Assembly (NCBI GenBank): GCA_963765675.1
Contig: CAVXXK010000007.1
Coordinates: forward strand, 40,297-104,296
Direction: 5' to 3'
Length of the DNA: 64,000 bases
Origin: an uncultured delta proteobacterium
Lineage (GTDB): Bacteria > Desulfobacterota > Binatia > Binatales > Binataceae
The position numbers were made by a program, and so were the translations under genes. The first letter of the stretch is position 1, and each line of letters starts with the position of its first letter. Shown here in pieces: positions 36,894-49,168 of this stretch. The notes beneath the pieces are model-generated. The model searched no databases and was not told where the DNA came from. It worked only from the letters and a program-made list of their open reading frames with translations.

Positions 36894-38384
36894 ATGGCGG
36901 CGCAATGGGATTTGGTGATTCGGGACGGCCTGGTTTTCGACGGCAGCGGCGATGGCCCGGTTCGCGCGGACCTTGCGATCAAGGGCGATCGGATCGCCAC
37001 GGTCGGAGCCGTCGCGGGCGCTGGCGCGTCTGAAATTGATGCGCGCGGACATGCGGTGACTCCGGGCTTTATCGATGTTCATACGCACGACGACTTTGCC
37101 GTCTTCGCGACGCCCGAGATGGATTTCAAAGTGATGCAGGGCGTCACCACCGATGTGGTCGGAAATTGCGGACTCGGCGCCGCGCCATTTCAGATCGCGA
37201 AGCGGATGTTTGGCGCGATGCATCGCGACTCGCGGTTTCCCGAGTGGCAGGGGTACGCGGGTTATCTCGCGGCGGTAGATCGCGATCCCCCGAGCCTCAA
37301 CGTCGCGGCTCTGGTTGGCCACGGAACGATCCGGCTGGCCGCGATGGGAATCGAAAAGCGCAAGGCGACCGCCGCGGAGACTGACGCGATGCGCGCGCTC
37401 GTCGCGGAGGGAATCGCGGCCGGCGCAGTCGGGCTTTCGACCGGTCTCATCTATGAGCCCGGACGCTACGCCGCGACCGAAGAGATAGTCGCCCTCGCGC
37501 GAGAGATGAGCGGAACTACTGCGCTCTATGCCAGCCACATGCGCAACGAGGCGGGCGATCTGCTCGATTCCGTTCGCGAGACGATTCGGATCGGCGAGGA
37601 GGCGGGTGTCGCCGTCCAGATCTCGCATCACAAGGCCTCGGGACAGGAGAATTGGGGGCGCGTGCGCGAGTCGCTTGGCCTTATCGAAGCGGCTCGTGCC
37701 AGAGGAATCGACGTTACCGCCGATCAGTATCCGTACACCGCGGGCTCCACGGAGCTTGGCGCCGTGATCCACAACGGCGCGCTCGACGACGGCCCCGCCC
37801 GCGGCGGACTCGGCAAGGTTCCTCCCGAGAAACTTCGCTTCGCGTCCACGCCGAGGCATCCGGAGTGGGAAGGCCAGGCGCTAGCCGCGTTCTGCGCGCG
37901 CTGGAATCTGCCTGGCCGCGCCGCGGCCGAACGGATATTGGCCGAGGAGCCGGCCGCGTTCGTGATCGTGGAGACGATGGACGAGGCCGACGTGCGCACC
38001 GTGCTGCGACATCCCACAACGATGATCGGCTCCGACGGCGTTCCGGCTGGAAGCAAGCCGCACCCACGGTTGTATGCAACTTTCGCTCGTGTGCTCGGAC
38101 GCTACGCGCGCGACGAGCATGTCCTAACGCTTGCCGACGCCATTCATCGAATGACCGGGATGCCGGCGCGGAAATTTCATCTCGCGGGGCGAGGGTTCGT
38201 GCGCGAGGGATTTTTCGCCGACCTGGTGATCTTCGATCCGGCGAAAATCGTCGATACCGCAACCTACGAAGATCCGCGGCGATATCCTGACGGGCTTAGC
38301 CACGTGATCGTCAACGGAACCGTCGTCGCGCGCGGCGGGCATCATACCGGTGCGCGGCCGGGACGCGCGTTGCGCCGCGAATAA
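36894..38384 (+). CDS. N-acyl-D-amino-acid deacylase (D-aminoacylase, amidohydrolase fold)
   Basis: PGFIDVHTHDD, GNCG, SHMRNE, ISHHK, GSDG..PHPR. Confidence 0.93.
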   Translation: MAAQWDLVIRDGLVFDGSGDGPVRADLAIKGDRIATVGAVAGAGASEIDARGHAVTPGFIDVHTHDDFAVFATPEMDFKVMQGVTTDVVGNCGLGAAPFQIAKRMFGAMHRDSRFPEWQGYAGYLAAVDRDPPSLNVAALVGHGTIRLAAMGIEKRKATAAETDAMRALVAEGIAAGAVGLSTGLIYEPGRYAATEEIVALAREMSGTTALYASHMRNEAGDLLDSVRETIRIGEEAGVAVQISHHKASGQENWGRVRESLGLIEAARARGIDVTADQYPYTAGSTELGAVIHNGALDDGPARGGLGKVPPEKLRFASTPRHPEWEGQALAAFCARWNLPGRAAAERILAEEPAAFVIVETMDEADVRTVLRHPTTMIGSDGVPAGSKPHPRLYATFARVLGRYARDEHVLTLADAIHRMTGMPARKFHLAGRGFVREGFFADLVIFDPAKIVDTATYEDPRRYPDGLSHVIVNGTVVARGGHHTGARPGRALRRE

Positions 38385-38399
38385 GCGGAGCGGTTGATT

Positions 38400-41300
38400 A
38401 TGCAGTGCGCTGCGTGCGGCACCGAGAATCCTGCCGGAATGAAATTTTGCGGCAACTGCGCCGCGCCGCTGCGTAACCGATGCCCGCGATGCGGCTTCGA
38501 CAATCCTCAATCGTTCAAGTTCTGCGGCGAATGCGCCGCGCCGCTCAGTGCCGGAAGTTCCGCTCGCCCGATGAGTGTTCCCGCCACGTCGGCTCCAGGA
38601 GCAACTGTCAGCGTCAATCCCGCCACTGCCATCTCGTCCGCCGATGCTCAGGATGGCGAGCGCAAAACAGTCACCGCGTTGTTCGCCGATATTAAAGGCT
38701 CGATGGATCTGATCGAAGACCTCGATCCCGAGCAGGCGCGAGCGATCGTCGATCCGGCTCTGGTCCTGATGATCGACGCAGTGCATCGCTACGAGGGCTA
38801 TATCGTCCAGTCGACCGGAGACGGCGTGTTCGCGTTGTTCGGCGCTCCGATCGCGCACGAGGACCATCCGCAGCGCGCGCTGTACGCCGCCTTGCGGATG
38901 CAGGAAGACCTGCGAAAGTACGCGGCGCGCCTTCGAGCAGGCGGCAATCCTCCGGTCGAGATCCGCATCGGCATCAACACCGGCGAGGCGCTTATTCGTT
39001 CGATTCGCACCGACGCGGAGCATACCGAGTACACGCCGATCGGCCATTCGATGAGCCTCGCGGCGCGGATGCAGACGCTGGCGCCCTCGGGTTCGATTGT
39101 GATCGCACAAGAGACCGAACGCATGGCGGCGGGGTATTTCGAGCTGAAGGCGCTCGGAGCGGCGCGGATCAAAGGCGTCTCCGATCCGATTGAGGTTTAC
39201 GAAGTCATAGGACTCGGCCCGTTGCGCACGCGTTTGCAACGCTCGGCCAGCCGCGGACTCTCGCGTTTTGTCGGGCGTGTGGCCGAACTCGAGCAGATGA
39301 AGCGCGTCGCGGCGCTGGCCGCCGCCGGCCACGGGCAGATAGTCGCAGCGGTCGCGGAGGCGGGAGTCGGCAAGTCGCGCCTGTTTTACGAATTCAAGCA
39401 GACTTCGCAAAGCGGATGGCTGGTGCTCGAGGCTTTCTCGGTTTCGCACGGACGCGCGTCGGCCTATCTGCCGGTGATCGATTTGCTGCGCGGATATTTT
39501 CGAATCGCGAGCGCGGACGATGAGCGCACGCGGCGCGAGAAGATCACGGGCAAGGTGCTCGCGCTCGATCGCGCGCTCGAAGACGCGCTGCCGTATGTGT
39601 TCGCACTGCTTGGCGTTGCGGGCGCCGAATCCGCGATGGACGGGATGGACGCTGGTGTGCGCCGGCGCCGCACCCAGGACGCGATCAAGCGAATCCTGCT
39701 GCGTGAGAGCCTCAACCAGCCGCTGATGATCGTGTTCGAGGATCTGCACTGGATCGATGCTGAGACCCAGGCGCTGCTGAATCTTTTGGCCGATTCGATC
39801 GCGACCGCGCGGGTGCTGATCCTTGTGAACTATCGTCCGACCTATCGGCACGAATGGAGCGCGCGCGCCCATTACACGCAGCTCCGGCTCGATCCGCTGG
39901 GCCCGGAGAATGCGCGCGAGCTGCTCGACGCGATCGTCGGCTCCGGCGTGGCGCTTGCGCCGCTCAAGGATCTCATCATCGCGCGCACCGAGGGCAATCC
40001 ATTTTTCATGGAAGAGATGGTGCAGACGCTGTTCGAGCAGGGCGTGCTGGCCCGCGGCGCGTCCGGCGAAGTGACGATCGCCAAGCCTTTGCACGGGATT
40101 CAGATTCCCGCGACGGTCAAGGGCATTCTCGAGGCCCGGATCGATCGGCTGCCGGCCGAGCAAAAAGATCTGCTGCAGACATTGGCGGTGATCGGAAAAG
40201 AATTTCATCTCCAGTTGATTCGGCGGGTCACGCGAATCGACGACGATTTGCTCGCCTCGATGCTCTCCGAGCTGCAGGCCGCCGAATTTATCTACGAGCA
40301 GCCCGCGCTGCCGGACGTGGAATACACCTTTAAGCATGCGCTGACCCAGGAGGTCGCCTACGATTCCGTGCTGCGCGAGCGCCGCCGCGCGATTCACGAA
40401 CGGACCGCCGCGGCGTTCGAGGAACTCTACGCCGCGCAGATCGAGGACTGCCTGCCCGAGCTCGCGAATCATTACGGCAAGAGCGGCAATATCGACAAAG
40501 CGATCGATTATTTCGAGCGTGCCGCCGTGCAGGGGAGGGAACGCTCGGCCTACGACGACGCGATACAGAACATCAATTCCGCAATTGAACTTCTGGCGGC
40601 CACTCCCGATTCACCCGCTCGCACCCGGCGCCAACTCGCCTTCTATACCGAGCTTGGAACGATGCTGGTCGCGGTGCGCGGCTTCGCCTCCCCGGAATTG
40701 AAGCCGGTTCTTGCCCGCGCCAGCAAGCTGCTGGGCAAGGTCGGCGACTCGCCGGAGATCTTTCCAGTGATTATAGGACTATGGGGCGCGGAGTTCGCGC
40801 GCGGCCGGTTGTTTGAGGCGCGCGCTCTCGCGGAGCGGCTCACGGCGCTTGCGCGCCAGTCCGGTCTTCCAATTGCTATAGCCGGGGCCGCTTCCGCGAT
40901 GGGCGCGACCAGCTTCTGGTCGGGCGACCTGAGCATCGCGCGCGAGAATCTCGAGATCGCGGTAGAAATCTACAACTCGGACCTCGAAACCTTCCTGCCT
41001 CTGCCGCACGTCGCCGTCGTGCCGAGCAGATGCCAGCTCTCGTGGCTGCTTTGGGTAACGGGCTATCCCGAACAGTCTGCCGCGCGGCTGGCGGAGGCTC
41101 GAGCTCTGGCCGAGCGGCTTGGGCGTCCGCACAGTATCGCGATGGCGCTGCAGTTCTCGATCGCGCTGGGCGGCTTGATGGGCGACGTCCGCGATATTCA
41201 AGCGAATTGCGAGGCGCTGCTCGAGATTTCCCACACCCACGGATTTCCGCAGTGGATAGGAGCTGGCGAGATGTCGCTCGGGACTGGACTCATCGAGTCG

Positions 41301-41782
41301 GGGGACGCGGAGCACGGTTTTCCGATGCTGCGGCGCGGACTCGAGGAGTTGCGCAACGCGGGTGGTGATCTGGTTTATCGCTATGGCCTCATCTTGCTCG
41401 CGGCCGCGTGCCTGGCGGCGGGAAAATTCGACGAAGGTATCGTCGCGATCGACGAATGCGCCTCGTATCTCGAGACCGAGGGCGAGAAGATGTACGAGGC
41501 CGAGTTGTTGCGGCTGCGCGGCGAGCTGACTCTCAAGACCTCGGGCGACCGGGCCGCGGCCGAGCAGCTTTTCCGTAACGCGATATCGGTGGCACGCGCG
41601 CAAGGTGCAAAGTCCTGGGAACTAAAAGCCGCGACCACGCTCGCGCATCTGCTCGAGGCCACCGGACGCCGCGCCGAGGCGCGCATGCTGCGCTGGCGCC
41701 CGTCTACGCGTGGTTCACCGAAGGATTCGGCACGGGTGATCTGATCGCGGCAAAGTCCTTGCTCGATACTTTGGACGCGTAA
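38400..41782 (+). CDS. Double Zn-ribbon + class III cyclase + STAND ATPase + TPR protein, frameshifted near 41680
   Basis: CxxC repeats, LFADIKGS, TGDG, AGVGKS, FEDLHWID, GNPFF, FKHAL. The conserved tail LAPVYAWFTEGF..DL..AK.LL lies in another frame (41693..41782). Confidence 0.88.
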
Positions 41783-41934
41783 CGCGTCACGGCAAATTGT
41801 AAAAGAGCGCAAACAAGATATCGCGCGCGACCCGATCCGCTTCTGCGGTCGCGGTGCCTATGTCCGGCACGTTCTGCCGCGAGTTCGCGATTATCTGGCA
41901 AAGAAAAGCTCGAAAAAAGTAAGCGTAAGCGTGA

Positions 41935-41968
41935 GGAAAAGAAGAAGGCCGAGCGGCAAGGCTCGGCC
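41935..41968 (-). terminator. Possible rho-independent terminator
   Basis: ggccgagc/gctcggcc stem followed on the minus strand by ttcttctttt. Confidence 0.45.
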
Positions 41969-42199
41969 CGCGTTCAGTCGAAAGTTTTCTGACGCTTACC
42001 CGCCAGACTCTAGCCTAAGCCTCAACTCATGATGTATTATTGAACACGTGTCTGTTTCCTTTGCGCCGCTTCTCGGCGCATGCGTGGAACGCCGTGACTG
42101 AACCTCACGGCGTTTCCGTTTGTAAAAGTCTATCACACCCCGCGAAACTGCCAACTCACACTCGCGTATCATGAGCACGACCAGCGCAATTCTAATTCA

Positions 42200-42616
42200 T
42201 CATTCAAGCATGGTGCGGGCGGCATTTAAGTAAACCGGCGTGAGGCCAAAGCCTCTGCCATCCGAAGTCTTGGTCCTCTGGAACGCCGAAACCCCGTCCT
42301 GTGTTACCAATCCGATCCGTCGAGCCCACGCATCCAACGCCGGACGGATACCTCTTCCGCTCGTGCCGAGCGCGGGGCCAAGCTGATTCGTGCGCACGCC
42401 GTTTGGTCCGCCCGCTACGAATTGTTCCAGCAAACTGCGATCACTGGGGGCCAAGTTTCCGAATGGGGTTCTTCTGGGCGGTGGCTGCGCAGAGTCGCTC
42501 TGTATGATCAGAGGTCCTTCCGCACCGTATCGTTGGATCAGTTCGTCTAGTTCATCAAACGATTCAATCGGGATACCAATCCCGCGTATGATGATTGTTT
42601 TCCGCCAATCAGCCAT
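42200..42616 (-). CDS. Hypothetical protein, possible winged-helix C-terminus
   Basis: 138-aa ORF in an AT-richer tract; LAPSDRSLLEQF..GVRTNQLGPALG pattern. Confidence 0.6.
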   Translation of the reverse strand: MADWRKTIIIRGIGIPIESFDELDELIQRYGAEGPLIIQSDSAQPPPRRTPFGNLAPSDRSLLEQFVAGGPNGVRTNQLGPALGTSGRGIRPALDAWARRIGLVTQDGVSAFQRTKTSDGRGFGLTPVYLNAARTMLE

Positions 42617-42739
42617 GGACAGATAATGGCAGAAACGACTCCCGCTTACAAGGTATACCGTCCAAATACTGTCCACACCCAAGGACAGAAGTTTGCGCTG
42701 CGCTCTTGTCTACGATAGATCCAATACGAGGCCTCAACG

Positions 42740-43786
42740 ATGTTAACTAGTGGACTGCATGGTGCGTGCGGATGGGTTGCTCGGATTATCCTCTGTTGTT
42801 GTTTGATGAACGCTGGCTGTGATTTATCACCGTCGACGGTTCGTCCAGAAGGTCTAGACGGACGCTACCAACGATTATCCGGTGCGATAGTGCTGATCAT
42901 TACGGGTGATGGACCGATAAACGGCATCGGTACTGGGTTCTTCACGGATGAAAATGCAACGCTGGTGACAGCTGCGCACGTCGTTTTCGATGTGTCCTAT
43001 CACTTTAATGCTGGGAAGTTATCCATTGAGCTTGAACCAAAACCCAACCTTCGAGTGAGGCTCTACGATGGACGCATCTATCAACTCAACATTGGCGCGA
43101 TTTCCAACGCATATAGAACGCTAGCTGAGGCAGATCTGGCCATGTTCACGCACGCTATTCCAGTAGATACACCACGATACCTTACGCTCGATAGGGATCA
43201 GACCGATTTGGTTCGCGTTGGCCAGCATGTGATCACGGTGGGGTTTCCCGCTTCGCAAGTAAGCAAAGAAAGGACGCCTAACTCCGTGTTTATTGGGCCG
43301 CCGAAGACTCTGTATGAAGGAATCGTAAATGCCGAGTTTGTACCGGCAATGGCTATCGGAAGAACAGATACCGACAGACCCATATACCAGACCTATCCTT
43401 TCGTTCAAATTCAGATGCCGATATTACAGGGGGTATCGGGCGCTCCGGTTATTACAGATACCGATCAGGTAATGGCGGTCCTCAAAGCCGAGCCAGAGGC
43501 GTTTCCGCAAAAGGAACTAAGCGAGATGGTCAGAGATTTCAAGCCAGATATTGAGACGAGGCTGGTGAGCTTACCGAAGGGCTGTCAGTGCGATGAGGCG
43601 ATAGACTCTAGCGAGACGAAGACGATCGCAACAGCGTGGGCGCTTGAGCATTACTATTCTCCTGGGACTGGCCTTGCGGTACCTGTGAGTCTTCTCGAAC
43701 CTTCGAATCAGTCTTCCGAGCTGCTGGCGGTAGGTCCTCCGGATACAGTAGCTCCGTCGCCCGTACCGATATCCCCGCAACGTTAA
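42740..43786 (+). CDS. Trypsin-like serine protease (S1), probably exported or a lipoprotein
   Basis: GTGFF, LVTAAHV, ADLAM, VGFP, QGVSGAPV; hydrophobic N-terminus ending NAGC. Confidence 0.85.
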   Translation: MLTSGLHGACGWVARIILCCCLMNAGCDLSPSTVRPEGLDGRYQRLSGAIVLIITGDGPINGIGTGFFTDENATLVTAAHVVFDVSYHFNAGKLSIELEPKPNLRVRLYDGRIYQLNIGAISNAYRTLAEADLAMFTHAIPVDTPRYLTLDRDQTDLVRVGQHVITVGFPASQVSKERTPNSVFIGPPKTLYEGIVNAEFVPAMAIGRTDTDRPIYQTYPFVQIQMPILQGVSGAPVITDTDQVMAVLKAEPEAFPQKELSEMVRDFKPDIETRLVSLPKGCQCDEAIDSSETKTIATAWALEHYYSPGTGLAVPVSLLEPSNQSSELLAVGPPDTVAPSPVPISPQR

Positions 43787-44315
43787 TCACGTCATCTTTG
43801 TTACCGACAATCAAAAGACTTCCTTTGTCAGCCCGAACTGCTTGGGTTTTTGCGCTTACCACAGGCGCAAAAATAGTCGCTGAAGCAGCAAGTAGGATTA
43901 AAAGTCTTGGCAAACTTTGGCTGCGAGGCATGGTCTTTAGCCTCCTGCGCAGAATATAAAACACGTTTGCATCTAAAGCATAGTTGAGAGTCGATCGCAA
44001 ATCTGTTATAATCTGGCGTTCCGCATAATTTGTAGTATTTCCCTACGCTACGCATCGGTCAATAGTTTTTGTTGTATCTGCCCCGGCCTACCGCGCCACA
44101 AGATATTCGCCTTTTGTTCGTTCCGTGTCTACATCCGGATAATCCCCCGCGAGTTCGCGAACACCACGACGCGAGGTCCCGCGAGGGCATCAGCATCACC
44201 TGCGTCGAGAAACCCGGGATACCGCCATCGAGCCGATTTGAAAAATCGCGTCGGGGGTAAACTTCCGGTTCACGATTCACAACCGCTCTTCTTCCTCTTA
44301 GAGTTGGTGGCGAGG

Positions 44316-45596
44316 CTATCTTCGCCGGAAGTGATCGCGCAGGCGCTTGAAGAATCCTCCGCGCGCGACCGATGCTTGCGTTACAACCGCGATCGACCCC
44401 TGCGGATTGCCGTTCACGATGAGCGCGACGGCTCCTACCTGCGCGCCTTTTGCAACCGGCGCGTCGACGTACTTTGCGGCCGGAGTCCATTGCAGCGCGA
44501 CTTTGCCTTCCTGGCCGCGCTCAACGGTGACTGCCGATTCGCTTACCGGCGCGATCGCAACCGAGTCGGCGGTGCCATAGAAAACCGGAATTGTCGCGGG
44601 CACCACGCCATGCCAATCCGGCTTGGCGGTTACGTAGGTGCGAAACGCCCAGTCGATCAGCTTTTCAGTCTCGGTGCGCCGCTTCTCCGAGCTCGGCGTG
44701 CCCATCACCGCCGAGATCAGATGCATCCCCTGCGAGTTCGACGACGAAACCAGGTGATAGCCCGCCTCTTCAACATGGCCGGTTTTGAGTCCGTCAACGC
44801 GCGCGTCATAGAACAGCAGCGTGTTGAAGTTGCGCTGCGTGATCTTGTCGAAAGTAAATTCCTTGGCCGCCGTATAGGTGACGGCCTCTGGATGATGCTC
44901 CAGCAGAGAGCGCGCGAGCTTTGTCATGTCGGCGGCGGTGGTGTATTCGCCTTCGACCGGAAGACCGTCGGGGTTCATGAAGTGAGTCTCGACCAGGCCA
45001 ATCTTTTTCGCCTTCGCGTTCATCTGCTCCGTGAACGCGTCGGTGCTGCCGGCCAGATACTCGGCCAGCGCGACGGCGGCGTCGTTGCCCGAGGAGACCA
45101 TCAGCCCGAAGAGCAGATCGTGCACCGGGACCTGCTGGCCGACGCTCAGGAACATCCGCGATACCGACTGGTCCATCGACAGCCGCCACGCCTGTTCGCT
45201 TATCGGGATGGGCGTGTCGAGCGTGATGCGCTTGGTCGAGAGCGCATCCAAGGTCAGGTAGAACGTCATCAGCTTGGCGAGGCTCGCGGGCTGCATCTTC
45301 AGATGCTCGTTGTATGCGTAAATCTCGGTGCCGGTAGTCGCGTCGATGAGCATCGCGGCCTTGGCGTCGAGCGCGAATGGAGCAGGGCGGTCGCCGAGCA
45401 CGTGGATGTCCGAGAGTGCGACCTCGGGCGGCGCCTCTTTCGCGCCATGCGTCGCGGAATGCGCGGCCGTTCGCCGGCGCGCCGCAAAGGCGGCCCGCGC
45501 AGGAATCATCAGCGCGAAGGCTACGACCGCGGCCATCGCGAGAGCTTTATTAGTGCGAAATTTGAGATGACTTCTGGAATCGATTCGCGCGCGCAT
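44316..45596 (-). CDS. D-alanyl-D-alanine carboxypeptidase (PBP5/6, DacA-like)
   Basis: PASLAK (SxxK), SGND (SxN), LKTG; signal peptide; start uncertain. Confidence 0.93.
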   Translation of the reverse strand: MRARIDSRSHLKFRTNKALAMAAVVAFALMIPARAAFAARRRTAAHSATHGAKEAPPEVALSDIHVLGDRPAPFALDAKAAMLIDATTGTEIYAYNEHLKMQPASLAKLMTFYLTLDALSTKRITLDTPIPISEQAWRLSMDQSVSRMFLSVGQQVPVHDLLFGLMVSSGNDAAVALAEYLAGSTDAFTEQMNAKAKKIGLVETHFMNPDGLPVEGEYTTAADMTKLARSLLEHHPEAVTYTAAKEFTFDKITQRNFNTLLFYDARVDGLKTGHVEEAGYHLVSSSNSQGMHLISAVMGTPSSEKRRTETEKLIDWAFRTYVTAKPDWHGVVPATIPVFYGTADSVAIAPVSESAVTVERGQEGKVALQWTPAAKYVDAPVAKGAQVGAVALIVNGNPQGSIAVVTQASVARGGFFKRLRDHFRRR

Positions 45597-45730
45597 CAAT
45601 TGCCCCTGCACCTCCGCCACTTTGCTCAGGCTACGGCGGGATTGCCGCGCCCGCAAGCGGGACGCGTGCGGTGATATTCCCTTTGGTGCCGAATCCGAAT
45701 AAACCAAGATGCAACCGCGTCAATCGCACC

Positions 45731-47044
45731 ATGGATCTCACGGTCTTAATTCCCGCGATCAACGAAGCCGAGAATCTGCGGATTCTGATCCCGCGGATCA
45801 AAACAATCCTCGGCCGCGAAGGCATTTCATATGAAGTGCTGGTCGTCGATGGGCGCTCGACCGACGACACTGCCGCCGTGTGCAACGATGTTGGTGCGCG
45901 GATGGTGCAGGAGCGGCGGCGCGGCTACGCGGGTGCGCTCGAGACCGGATTCGCCGAGGCGCAGGGCGAGTGGATTTTGAAGCTCGACGCGGATCAGTCG
46001 CACGACCCGGATTTTATTCCGCGCATCTGGCGCGCGCGCGACCGTGGCGACATCGTGATCGCGTCGCGCTACGTGCGCGGCGGCGTCGCCTACACGGAGT
46101 TCACCCGCAAGCTTTCGAGCTCGTTGATGAGCGCGGTCTTGCGCCGCGTGCTCTCGCTCCCGGTGCGCGACGTCTCGAGCGGATACCGGCTTTATCGGCG
46201 CTCACTGACGAACGGCTTCAAGTTTGATTCGACCAACTTCGAGGCCGAAGAGGAGATCCTCGTGCGTGCGTACGCGCAGGGGTTCAACCTGGCCGAAGTT
46301 CCCTTCACATATTTTCCGCGCGGCGCGGGCGCGTCGCACGCCAAGCTCCTCAAGTTCGGCTGGAGTATCGCCAAGCGCTGCGCAAAATTGTGGAAGCTGC
46401 GCAACTCGCTCGATTCCGCGGACTACGACGAGCGCGGCTTCTACAGCGTGATTCCGATCCAGCGATGGTGGCATCGCCGGCGCCATAAGATAACCGTGTC
46501 ATGGGCGCGCGGCTCGGATCGGGTGCTCGACGCGGGTTGTGGCTCCAGCCTGATCGTGCAGAGCCTCAACAACGTGGTCGGGATGGATTTCAATTTCTCG
46601 AAGCTGCGTTTTCTGTCGCGCTACCGGATGCCGCTGGTGCGCGGCTCGGCGTTCGCGCTGCCGTTTCGCGATCATAGCTTCGATTGCGTGATCAGCTCCC
46701 AGGTGATCGAGCATATTCCGTTCGACGAAGTTCTGTTCGCCGAGATGCGCCGCGTCCTGGTAGCCGGCGGAAAGTTGATTCTCGGGACCCCCGACTACTC
46801 GACGCGCGCGTGGCGGACGATCGAGCCGATCTACGGCTTCTTGATGCCCGGGGGCTACAAGGACGAGCACATCACGCACTACACCCGGGCGAAGCTGATC
46901 GAGCTCCTGACGCGCCACGGTTTCAGCGTCGATGAAGTCGCGTATATCGGCGGCGGCGAGTTGATCATGCGATGCCGCCGCGGCGAGCTTCCCGCGGCCA
47001 CGCTCCAGATTCCCTCTGCACAGCCCGCGTCCACCGCGGCCTGA
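45731..47044 (+). CDS. GT2 (Dol-P-Man synthase-like) glycosyltransferase fused to a class I methyltransferase
   Basis: LIPAINE, VDGRSTD, LDADQSH, IASRY; then VLDAGCG, LPF..SFD..SQVIEH. Confidence 0.88.
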   Translation: MDLTVLIPAINEAENLRILIPRIKTILGREGISYEVLVVDGRSTDDTAAVCNDVGARMVQERRRGYAGALETGFAEAQGEWILKLDADQSHDPDFIPRIWRARDRGDIVIASRYVRGGVAYTEFTRKLSSSLMSAVLRRVLSLPVRDVSSGYRLYRRSLTNGFKFDSTNFEAEEEILVRAYAQGFNLAEVPFTYFPRGAGASHAKLLKFGWSIAKRCAKLWKLRNSLDSADYDERGFYSVIPIQRWWHRRRHKITVSWARGSDRVLDAGCGSSLIVQSLNNVVGMDFNFSKLRFLSRYRMPLVRGSAFALPFRDHSFDCVISSQVIEHIPFDEVLFAEMRRVLVAGGKLILGTPDYSTRAWRTIEPIYGFLMPGGYKDEHITHYTRAKLIELLTRHGFSVDEVAYIGGGELIMRCRRGELPAATLQIPSAQPASTAA

Positions 47045-47114
47045 GTTCGCGCGCGCCACTTCACGCGCGAGCCTCGCCCGCGCTAGTCTCGGTAATCCAC
47101 AACGGAGGACCGGG

Positions 47115-47927
47115 ATGCCAAAACTAAAAGTCGGCAATCTGAACCTGCATTACGATATTCACGGAGCGGGCGAGCCGCTGCTGATGATCATGGGACTCGG
47201 CGCAAGCTCGGCGGCGTGGGATCCGGAGTTGGTGCAGGACCTGGCGCGCGACTTCCGCGCGATCACTTTCGACAATCGCGGCACGGGCCAGAGCGATAAG
47301 CCCGATGAACCGTACTCGATCGCGATGTTTGCCGACGACGCCGCGGGCGTGCTGGACGGCCTCAAGATTCCGCGCGCGCATATATTCGGCGTCTCGATGG
47401 GCGGGATGATCGCGCAGGAGTTCGCGCTGCGCCACCCTTCGCGAACCGCGGCGCTCGTGCTCGGATGCACCACGCCGGGTGGAAAGCACGCGGTGCCGCC
47501 TCCGCCTGAATCGCTCAAGGTGCTGACTGCGCCGCGCGTCGGCGTCGCGCCGGAAGAGATCATCCGCCGTGGATGGCCGCTCAGCCTGAGCGCCGGATAT
47601 ATCAAGGAGCATCGCGCGGAACTCGAGGCGGGCATCGCGCGCTTCCTCGAGCATCCGACTCCGCCGTTCGCATTTCAGCGCCAGCTCGAGGGTACTTATA
47701 CGCTCAACACCTGGGATCGGCTCGGGCAGATCAAAGCGCCGACGCTGGTAATCACCGGCGCTGACGACGTTTTGATTCCGGCGCACAATTCGGAGCTTCT
47801 GGCCGAGCAGATTCCCGGCGCGAAGCTGAAGCTACTGGCGAACGCGGGACACGGATTCACCACCGAGGCGCGTCCGGAGTTCTTGAAGACGTTTGTCCCG
47901 TTTCTGAAGGCGCATCCGATCGCGTGA
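47115..47927 (+). CDS. Alpha/beta hydrolase (3-oxoadipate enol-lactonase-like)
   Basis: DNRGTGQS, GVSMGG, GADD, AGH; GGAGG RBS. Confidence 0.9.
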   Translation: MPKLKVGNLNLHYDIHGAGEPLLMIMGLGASSAAWDPELVQDLARDFRAITFDNRGTGQSDKPDEPYSIAMFADDAAGVLDGLKIPRAHIFGVSMGGMIAQEFALRHPSRTAALVLGCTTPGGKHAVPPPPESLKVLTAPRVGVAPEEIIRRGWPLSLSAGYIKEHRAELEAGIARFLEHPTPPFAFQRQLEGTYTLNTWDRLGQIKAPTLVITGADDVLIPAHNSELLAEQIPGAKLKLLANAGHGFTTEARPEFLKTFVPFLKAHPIA

Positions 47928-47958
47928 CGGGCGCGCCCGCGTGAAGCGCGGGCGGTAA

Positions 47959-49143
<1,185 letters not shown>

Positions 49144-49168
49144 GCGCGGCGCGGAGTTAATTCGCCAG

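Noticed and set aside
43608-44000. Minus-strand ORF with a signal-peptide-like stretch (MPRSQSLPRLLILLAASATIFAPVVSA)
   Set aside because: It overlaps the protease 3' end by ~180 bp and has no recognisable domain. It may be a gene remnant but cannot be supported.
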